DNA from: Calditrichia bacterium
GTDB lineage: Bacteria; Calditrichota; Calditrichia; JAJRVZ01
Reading direction: 5' to 3'
Assembly (NCBI GenBank): GCA_963796965.1
Contig: CAWCNS010000004.1
Location: 672,001-736,000, forward strand
DNA length: 64,000 nt
Each line of letters starts with the position of its first letter. The first letter of the stretch is position 1. Positions 55,843 to 64,000 of this stretch are shown piece after piece. A program made the translations under genes and the position numbers. The notes below the pieces were generated by a model, which saw only the letters and a program-made list of their open reading frames with translations, searched no databases and was not told the DNA's origin.

Positions 55843-56183
55843 TTAAAATAGCAGCCAACGAAATTTACTTACAAGGCCAATACGGCATTAAAAACCCAAC
55901 TTGGCATATTCAGGATTCCGCGTGGAAGGCTAAACAAATCCTCAAGATGATGGAGAAGAATCAAATCCTTCCCGATTCAATTTGTGAAGTAGGATGTGGT
56001 ACGGGTGAGGTACTCCATCAACTATATCTTAACCTACCCACTGACCTTCAATTCGTCGGTTACGAGATAGCCCCTCATGGTATTGGCTATATAAAACGAC
56101 CTTTCGTGTATAGCATTTTTTATCAAATTATTTATGATAAAATAACTTTTCGGTGGTCGGGAACGCTTTCAGGGCAATCATGA
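55839..56183 (+). pseudogene. Class I SAM-dependent methyltransferase fragment
   Basis: KNPTWHIQDSAWKA, EVGCGTG, GYEI; too short for a full fold. Confidence 0.7.
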
Positions 56184-56791
56184 TGAAAAGTAATGATTCA
56201 GTTGTTGGTAATACCAAGAATAGATTAATACTCCTCACGGTAGGAAGACTTCACCCTGTTAAGGATCATGAATTTTTAATAAGGGCCTGCGCTGAATTAA
56301 AGCTGAAAGAATTACCATTTCTGTGTATTATAATAGGAGAAGGGGAGACTAGAAAAGAAGTTACGAATTTGATAAACCGAGTTAACCTGCAGCATGAAGT
56401 AAAACTTCTGGGCATTGTGGATAGGCCTTTTATTAATGCTTTCTATCAAATGGCTGACCTCTTTGTTCTCACTAGTAAAAGCGAAGGACTACCTTTGACG
56501 CTTATGGAAGCGATGCTAAACGAGAGACTGGTACTTGCGCCCAATATTACAGGAATTCCTGAGATTATAAAGGATGGGCACAATGGGTTTCTTTATGAGA
56601 GTGGGAACCTTGTCGATTTTGTAAATAAGGTTTTATATATATTCGAGAAGTACGAATCCACACGTCACATTGGCAAACTAGCTCGCAGTCATATTCTTGA
56701 ACGCTTCAACCGAAAGCGAAATATGGAGGCCTTTGCGGGCAAACTTGCTGATCTATTAAAATCTCGTATTCGTGTTGATGAGAAGTCTTGA
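56180..56791 (+). CDS. GT4 glycosyltransferase C-terminal half
   Basis: TVGRLHPVK, SEGLPLTLMEAM, GIPEII. Confidence 0.85.
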   Translation: MMKSNDSVVGNTKNRLILLTVGRLHPVKDHEFLIRACAELKLKELPFLCIIIGEGETRKEVTNLINRVNLQHEVKLLGIVDRPFINAFYQMADLFVLTSKSEGLPLTLMEAMLNERLVLAPNITGIPEIIKDGHNGFLYESGNLVDFVNKVLYIFEKYESTRHIGKLARSHILERFNRKRNMEAFAGKLADLLKSRIRVDEKS

Positions 56792-57029
56792 CACATTCGT
56801 CAAATCTTTCAATCCAGTGGTGCTTTGATATGCGGTTATAGTAAAAGAGTTAAAATAACTCTTAGTGCTTATCCGTAAAAAATAAAGGGGTTTGTGCAGC
56901 CGATGATTTTCGCAGAGATTTAATTTTCACCATAAAACCATTTTAAAGGAAAAGCACCTTTTTCCACCTTTTTGAACCCTTTTGAGTTTCACATTAAAGA
57001 TCTTACACAACCTAATAAATGGCCCCAAA

Positions 57030-58256
57030 ATGCGCATTTTAATCGTTAACAAATTCTATTTTTTATTTGGTGGAACAGAAAGGTATTTATTTAATCTTAC
57101 TGATGTCCTGGAAACCATGGGGCATACCGTAATCCCTTTTGCCATGCATCATGAGAGCAACAGGGAAACGCCATACAGTAAGTACTTTGTCAGCGAAGTC
57201 GACTTGTCGATTGGCAGGCACAAAGTTTTGCGTAACGAGATCAAGGCAATGGGTAGAATACTGTACTCCTTCGAGGCGAAGAGGAGATTGAGATCCCTGA
57301 TTGAGGACACAAAGCCGGATATAGCGCATGTAAGAAATGTGTACCATCAATTATCCCCCTCTGTTTTGTCTGTTCTGAAGAAAATGGGTATTCCATCCGT
57401 ACTAACCGTTGCAGATTACAAAATGATCTGTCCCAATTACGATATGTTCTACAAGGGTAAAGTATGCGAAGCGTGTAAGAAAGGGCGGTTCTATCATGCA
57501 GTAATGAAAAGATGTGTGAGAAACTCTTTTGCAGCAAGTGGTTTGCTTGCTATCGAATCGACTTTACATAGATTTGTTTTGGATAGCTACAAAAGGAATA
57601 TTGACTTATTTATCGCACCCAGTAAATTTGTGCGACAAAAACTCGTAGAGGCAGGTTTTTCAGAAGATCAGATTGTGCACTTACCACATTTTTGCGATAG
57701 TTCCAAATATATACCTTCCTATGAATCTGACAACTACCTTGTCTTTTTTGGAAGGTTAGACCACAGGAAAGGATTGCTAACACTCATTAAAGCCATGAGA
57801 CGACTACCCACAAAGCTAGTGATAGTGGGGGATGGTCCAGAGAAGTCAAACCTGGAAAGATACATTGAAGCAGAGGACATATCAAACGTTTTCCTTGTCG
57901 GCTACAAGTCTGGCGAGGATCTTAAATCCATTATATATAGAGCGAGATTCTCCATCCTGCCATCGGAGTCAAATGAGACTTTTGGCCATACGGTCCTTGA
58001 GTCCTTTGCATGTGGTAAGCCGGTCATTGCATCAAAGATTGGTGCACTCCCCGAACTGATTCGAGAGGGAGAGAATGGTCATCTTTTTGAGCCAGGCAAT
58101 GTAGGAGATCTTGCATCTAAGATCTCTGACTGTATCGAGAATCCTGGGAAAGTAAAAGAAATGGGTAAAATTGCCCGCTCCATTGTTGAAAGAGATTATA
58201 GTCCGGAAGAGCATTATAAAAAACTCATAGGTATTTACCGGACCTTAGCATCATGA
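57030..58256 (+). CDS. GT4 glycosyltransferase
   Basis: GGTERY, DYKMICP, FGRLDHRKG, ETFGHTVLES. Confidence 0.92.
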   Translation: MRILIVNKFYFLFGGTERYLFNLTDVLETMGHTVIPFAMHHESNRETPYSKYFVSEVDLSIGRHKVLRNEIKAMGRILYSFEAKRRLRSLIEDTKPDIAHVRNVYHQLSPSVLSVLKKMGIPSVLTVADYKMICPNYDMFYKGKVCEACKKGRFYHAVMKRCVRNSFAASGLLAIESTLHRFVLDSYKRNIDLFIAPSKFVRQKLVEAGFSEDQIVHLPHFCDSSKYIPSYESDNYLVFFGRLDHRKGLLTLIKAMRRLPTKLVIVGDGPEKSNLERYIEAEDISNVFLVGYKSGEDLKSIIYRARFSILPSESNETFGHTVLESFACGKPVIASKIGALPELIREGENGHLFEPGNVGDLASKISDCIENPGKVKEMGKIARSIVERDYSPEEHYKKLIGIYRTLAS

Positions 58257-59342
58257 AGATAGCAATGATCGGTGGTAGGGGGCTGCCAACAATATATAGT
58301 GGTCTTGAAGTGGTTCTGAAAGAGCTCTTGCCCTAGGTTAGTCCTAAGGGGACATGATGTAACAGTATATTGTATGTCACAATATTTTAGTGAGGAAAAT
58401 TATAAAGGTGTTAATTTGGTTAAAATTCCTGGGATTTCAACTAAACGGTTCGATATTATGTTACATAACTTTTTTTCAACAATTAAAACTATCTCTGAAA
58501 AAGTAAACATATATCATTTTCACGCAATTGGGCCATCTATATTTTCAATAATACCAAGATTAATAAATGCCCCAACGATTGTAACCATGCACAGTCTTAA
58601 TTGGAAACATTCAAAGTGGAACAGAATTGATAAGTTTTTTATAAAAATTTTTGAGGATTGTTCTGTAAAATTTCCAGAATATGTTGTAACAGTTGCAAAA
58701 CAGCATCAAAAATATTTACAAGAGAGACATGATAAGCCAATTCATTATATTCCAAATGGCGTAAATTTCTTTCCGAAGATTGGTGCAAATAGAATTTTAT
58801 CTTTAGGCTTGAAACCACACGATTACCTATTATTTGTTGGGCGGGTAAGTCAGGAGAAGGGGTGCCATTTTCTGGTTGAAACTTTTAATAAGATGGACAC
58901 AAATAAAAAATTAGTTATTGCTGGTGCGGTATCAAGAGAAAATAAATATTTCCAACAATTAAAAAAGATGGCTAATAACAAAGTGATTTTTCTTGGTCAA
59001 GTGACACAAGGATTATTATCAGAATTATACAGCAATGCTTTAGTTTATATTCTACCATCAGAGTCAGAAGGCTTCTCATTATCACTCCTTGAAGTTATGA
59101 GTAATGGATGTTGTATAGTGGTAAGCGCTATTGAAGAAAATTTGGATGTAATTGGCGATTGTGGTTTAACCTTTGATCCGGGCAATATAAATATGCTAAG
59201 AGATAAATTACTTTCTATAATGGATAAAGAAGATATCAGATTAATGTACGGAGAGAAAGCACGAAAACGAGCACAGAAATTTTATAATTGGGACGATATA
59301 TGTGATTCGTATGAGATGTTATATAAATCTTGTATTGCTTAA
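58253..59342 (+). CDS. GT4 glycosyltransferase (frameshift near 58328)
   Basis: MKIAMIGGRGLP..YSGLE upstream of the ORF-track start; IPNG, VGRVSQEKG, EGFSLSLLE. Confidence 0.88.
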
Positions 59343-59633
59343 TTTATTTTATAGTAATCAAATTATAGTTGGATTTTATTTGATTTCTGTAAACTTATTT
59401 ATGAAGAATAGTTTGGTTTATCTCTCGATTCAAATTTTCTCACTTTTAGATCATCAAATTTTTAAATAATCAAGGTTGGTAAGGACTTAGAGTGTTCAAG
59501 GTAAATATTTTTAACAAAAATATTAACACAATTAGATCGACTGAAAAAATAAACATTTGTAATTTTTGAGTGGATTAAAATATAGCGAACAATTTTTTTA
59601 GAATTAATTTAAAGTTTCGTTTAATGGGGTGTT

Positions 59634-61310
59634 TTATTTATTCAGAGATCTAAAATTCATTGGTGTCTTAATCAACACATATTCAATGGCACCAATATCT
59701 TGTTGATTTCCCTGTGGAATTGGCATATCTAAAAAATCTTTTTGAATATTAATATTGAGCGCTGAATCAATACAGGGTGATGTCGGAGCCAACGTGAACA
59801 AACCTTTACTAACATCGTTGAATTGAGGATTTTCATTAATTGAGTTCATGTCAGAACTGGTTATATTCCTCCAATCTGAAAATACTGAAATAAGTTGATT
59901 ACCCCAATTAAAAAGTTGCGGTCCATTCGAATAGTAACAGTTATAATCACATAAAAAATTATTCCCTAAATCTGTGCCAAGGCTAATTAAATTACCATTT
60001 AATGTAAACATTATATTGTTAACAATTTGAATATTTTTAGTATTTGAACCACCGGTAACACTAATCGCGAATCCATTGGATCGCTGGTTGTATATTGTAT
60101 TATTGTAAATTTTTGTACCTACACAATCGCCAAGTCCTATTCCAGCTCCCCTTATCCCTATTCCACAATCGGTTATAATGTTATTATATATCTCGTTGTC
60201 ATTTTCGGAATTTTCATTGTCAATTACATAGATACCACTGCCAAAAGAATTCTCAATCCAGTTATATATAACTTTGCAGTTATCGACATAATACAAAAAT
60301 ATCCCGAAGGGGATAAATTCAGATGTGTTTCCTTGTCCTCCACTATAGCATTTGTTACCATCAATTATGATATTGTAGGTTTTATTAGTAGGATAATTTC
60401 TATAGTTTTGATTAATAGCATCATGAACAACAATATTTGCTTCCTGATCGTCTGAACAGTTATTCTCTAATATCAGTATGTCATGCGAATTTTTAACATC
60501 TATAGAATTTTCATAGTTGCCGCCTAATATATTTGATTTTATAGTACCATTGAAACATTCATTGTCAATCATTATTCCATCTTCACCTGCAGGATAAATA
60601 GTATTATCGCTTATTACAAAGTCTGACACATTCGCTACAAAATTAATACCGACTTTCTCAAGTCCTATTTGTCCTGGGGTAATCATATTATTGATAATGG
60701 AGACACCCTCATAACCACCGAAAGTAGAATTGATATATATTCCGTTTGCATCAGATATTAGTACATTATTTCTTATTATTATTCCATGTTTCAATTCTGA
60801 AGACCAAGAACCAATGCTGATACATCTATCTATTGCTCTTAATTTTAGATATTCGATAGTTATATAACTATTGTTATTGATATCAATTGCACGTGATCTA
60901 CCGGTACCTATTATAGGTAATGAACCTTCACCATAGGATGAAATAATAATATGATCTTTAGACGTTCCTGAATTTCTAGTGATAAGTGTTTCGTTCCACT
61001 CAACACCACTTTTAAATCGTATTTCATCCCCAGGATTAAATATGAAATTGTTTACTTTTTCGACCGTTCTCCAGGCGGTAGTAGGTGAGAGTCCGTTATT
61101 ATTGTCATTGCCACTGGTAGCATCTATATAATAGGTGGTTGTCCAGCCATTTAAGAAAAAAGAAAAAAGAAAAAAGAAAAATCCGAAAAAAAACGTAATC
61201 TTCCGGTTTATAGTCAAAATTGCAGAATTATGGAAAAATGAAAAAGGAAAAAGGAATAGGACAAATATTTTAATTCTATTTTTTTTGTGATATTTCAGTA
61301 ATCTCTGCAT
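59634..61310 (-). CDS. Secreted right-handed parallel beta-helix protein (start uncertain)
   Basis: YYIDATSGND, Asn-rich beta-helix repeats, SPCID, DIGAIE. Confidence 0.85.
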   Translation of the reverse strand: MQRLLKYHKKNRIKIFVLFLFPFSFFHNSAILTINRKITFFFGFFFFLFSFFLNGWTTTYYIDATSGNDNNNGLSPTTAWRTVEKVNNFIFNPGDEIRFKSGVEWNETLITRNSGTSKDHIIISSYGEGSLPIIGTGRSRAIDINNNSYITIEYLKLRAIDRCISIGSWSSELKHGIIIRNNVLISDANGIYINSTFGGYEGVSIINNMITPGQIGLEKVGINFVANVSDFVISDNTIYPAGEDGIMIDNECFNGTIKSNILGGNYENSIDVKNSHDILILENNCSDDQEANIVVHDAINQNYRNYPTNKTYNIIIDGNKCYSGGQGNTSEFIPFGIFLYYVDNCKVIYNWIENSFGSGIYVIDNENSENDNEIYNNIITDCGIGIRGAGIGLGDCVGTKIYNNTIYNQRSNGFAISVTGGSNTKNIQIVNNIMFTLNGNLISLGTDLGNNFLCDYNCYYSNGPQLFNWGNQLISVFSDWRNITSSDMNSINENPQFNDVSKGLFTLAPTSPCIDSALNINIQKDFLDMPIPQGNQQDIGAIEYVLIKTPMNFRSLNK

Positions 61311-61357
61311 AATAACCTTCCTGCATGTTTTGATTAAAAATTATAACAATTCTATTT

Positions 61358-61980
61358 TTATAAAATGAGTTTTCTAATCTGTTTAAAATACTCTGCTATC
61401 ATTTGGTAGAAATATACAGCAGAGGGAACCTGGTTCCCATTATTATCTTTACCATCCCATCCCATTTCATTTTATAAACACCTTTATCTTTAAATTCGTT
61501 TACTAATTTTCGGACATCTTGTCCCAAAACATTGAAAATGGTAATCACTACAAAACTACGATTGGGTATACTGTATTCAATCGTAGTTGTTGGATTAAAC
61601 GGATTTGGGTAATTCTGTTTGAGTCCATATTTGGTAACCACATTATAATCATCATTATTAAGTGATGAAACAGATCCCGCTGAGGCCACAAGTTCAGGTG
61701 TAGGCAAACTCTCATAGCCAAAGGAATCAACAACAGTTAATTTGTAAAAATAAGACACACCAGGTTCGACCGTATTGTCCTGATAAGTGAAATCAGTTGC
61801 CGGGATATTTTCCAACACGTGCATCGTACCGGCAATCGTATCCCTGTAAATCACATAATGTGAAAGATGCTGGTCTTTATTTGGCGGCCAGGCAAAACGT
61901 AAAACATTTTCTTGGGCAAATGTACTGTTTAAGAATAATAATGTAATTAAAGATAAAACTATAAATTGAATTCTGACCAT
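61358..61980 (-). CDS. Secreted FN3-like protein with FlgD/Por-type C-terminal domain (5-bp duplication shifts the tail)
   Basis: YVIYR..YFYKLTVVD; QNYPNPFNP; WDGKDNNGNQVPSAVYFYQ in the shifted frame. Confidence 0.8.
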
Positions 61981-62156
61981 GTATTTATAAATCAATACTA
62001 CTAACTTTTCGTAATTTTAAAATAATCGCCCATGACAATTGTGTAAAAGTTTTGCACAATTGCAGATAGCACATCTAAACAATATTCTTGGAAACCCCCG
62101 ATACCATTGATCAATTTTACTTACTTAAAGATTTATTAAAAATTACTTTCTTCTAA

Positions 62157-62172
62157 AGCAAGTTTTGTGCCA
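62157..62172 (-). promoter_or_regulatory. Sigma54 -24/-12 promoter
   Basis: TGGCAC-AAAAC-TTGCT, exact consensus, intergenic upstream of the FN3 gene. Confidence 0.75.
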
Positions 62173-62344
62173 TTTATTCCTCATCTGTAATCAATTAATC
62201 ACCCATTCTTTCTTCGGATTATAGATTGTTTTTGAAAATACTTTTACTACTAAAATTTTTATTAAATTTAAAATAAAAATTTTAGAATCGTTATGATTCG
62301 CAGAGTTTTTTTATAATCATATATACTTTTATACCTATATACCT

Positions 62345-63637
62345 TTGATCTTTTTAGTATTCAGGATATTTTATCAAAGTGGCCAAAAAATATGCCAAAA
62401 TAAATCGTTAAAAAAACAACTTTTAAAAAGAATTAATGAAAAAAATAGTGAAAGAATTACCTGCGGGATACACAATACAAATTTTACGAAGTATCAAAGA
62501 GATAGAAAAAGTAAGATCTTTTTGGGAAGAAAAACTAGAGACATCCTGATGGCAATTTAGATTTATTTATAAACATTATTTACTCAAAAAATGAAATTGT
62601 GTGTCCCTATATAGTATTAATACTTTTGCATAAAAAACCAGAAGCAATGATAGTTGGCATAGTAGAAAAAAAAAGGATTAAGGTTACTGTATCCTATAAA
62701 AAGTTATCTGGTCCAAAACTTCGAGTTTTAACAATTATTCCTGAAAGAATATTAGGAAAAGAAAATTTTGTTTGTTCTAATATTTTTATTGCAGAATTAG
62801 TAGCATTATTAAATAGAAAAGAAATTGATTTGGTGGATTTTGAATATGTAAATATCGATTCACAGTTATTTAACTTAGTCTTTGAAAAAGCCGAGATTTT
62901 TATTTCATGATTATAAACCGGATATTACATTGCATTGGAAGACTAAATTACCAAGAACTATTGATGAATTGTTTACTAATATGGGCTCTAAACAAAAACA
63001 TGAAATATTTCGCAAAGAAAGACGAATTCAAAAAGAATTTAATGGTAAAATAACTTTTTGTTGTTATAAAAATGAGAATGAAATTACCAGACTTAATGTG
63101 AGGATATAGAAAAAGTAGCCATAAATTCTTTTCAGAGTATGCGTTGGGTATGGTTTTATAAATAATACTGAAAATATAAATTATTTATCGATATCGGCGA
63201 AACAGGGCAGGTTACGTGGCTATTTCCTGTACATTGATGATATACCCTGTGCATATTATATATGTCGAATATTTAAAGATATCTTTTATTTTTGCTATTC
63301 AGGCTTTGATGAAGGATATAAAAATTACAGCCCGGGATCGTTTTACTAAAAAATATTTTAGAAGATATATACAAACATGAGAAAAATCTCAAGGAGATTG
63401 ACTGGGGTATAGGAAATAAGATATTTATAAAACACCTTGGAAATTATTCTTTTAAAGTAGGCTCTATCTATATTTTTCCATCCACTTTTTATGGTTTGTA
63501 TATTAAATTGCACAAAAAGTTCACTCGTTCTCATTAAAACAGTTGTGAAAGCAATTCTAATTAAATTTGATTGGAAAGATAAAATAATAATGTATTGGCG
63601 CCAACGTTTAATTAAAAAACATTTGAGTCCATATTAA
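62345..63637 (+). pseudogene. Multiply frameshifted GNAT acetyltransferase (BcsL/CelD-like); boundaries approximate
   Basis: LPRTIDELF..KHEIFRKERRI; GRLRGYFLYIDD, SGFDEGYKNYSPG and IDWGIG..YK in different frames. Confidence 0.6.
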
Positions 63638-63889
63638 AAATAGGTTTGATAATATAGATTAAGTAAGATATAAATAGTCTCTAAATCCCTCCGAAACCTT
63701 CACCCTTCCCCCTAAAACGCAATGGTTGTGAACATTTATTGTTCCTTTTGGACCATCTTTGTATATACCTGTTATAAGCAATCCAAAATTCAGTTAGTTG
63801 TTATACAGATAATCAATTTCCCCCAAAAACAACATTCAATATTAAAGGGTACATTTATCCGGTTTTAAAAATATCTACCAATAATTGTC

Positions 63890-64000
63890 TTATTTTTGTA
63901 TGATTAACTTTTTTGTGTCCACGAACCTTTCTGCCAATAACTGATAATAATAAATACCAGTTGCCACTTCCATACCCTGGTTATTTTTCCCATCCCAAAC
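63890..64000 (-). CDS. 3' end of a secreted protein with FlgD/Por-type tail (partial, runs off the window)
   Basis: VWDGKNNQGMEVATGIYYYQLLAERFVDTKKLIIQK-stop. Confidence 0.85.
   Translation of the reverse strand, partial: VWDGKNNQGMEVATGIYYYQLLAERFVDTKKLIIQK

Overview
Bacterial chromosomal segment, AT-rich. The C-terminal 'YPNPFNP...WDG' FlgD/Por-type tails suggest a Calditrichota/FCB-like lineage (inference). Bases 1-40 kb are mostly housekeeping genes: NifU-like scaffold, thioesterase, tricorn protease, thiI, BlaI/BlaR-TonB, alaS, recX-recA, an archaeal-type HMG-CoA synthase/thiolase/DUF35 operon, a CHASE2 cyclase, a UDPGP-family pyrophosphorylase, a GGDEF protein and tRNA-Thr(CGT). Bases 41-64 kb hold a Wzx/Wzy-type exopolysaccharide locus plus secreted proteins. 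About 17 genes, including recA and alaS, are split by small indels, most likely sequencing/assembly errors. The most unusual signal is non-coding. Many intergenic gaps up to 47.5 kb contain periodic inverted-repeat elements: 9-nt-period arms and 7-nt-period arrays with consistent polarity relative to transcription. One of them encloses a GxxExxY nuclease gene between 40-bp terminal inverted repeats, and empty, half, chimeric and nested copies lie elsewhere. Also notable: a GT4 gene cut in its inter-domain linker by a methyltransferase fragment flanked by a 6-bp direct repeat, a BY-kinase lacking the Walker A lysine, and a JUMPstart/ops-like element. All calls come from reading the sequence; no database searches were run.
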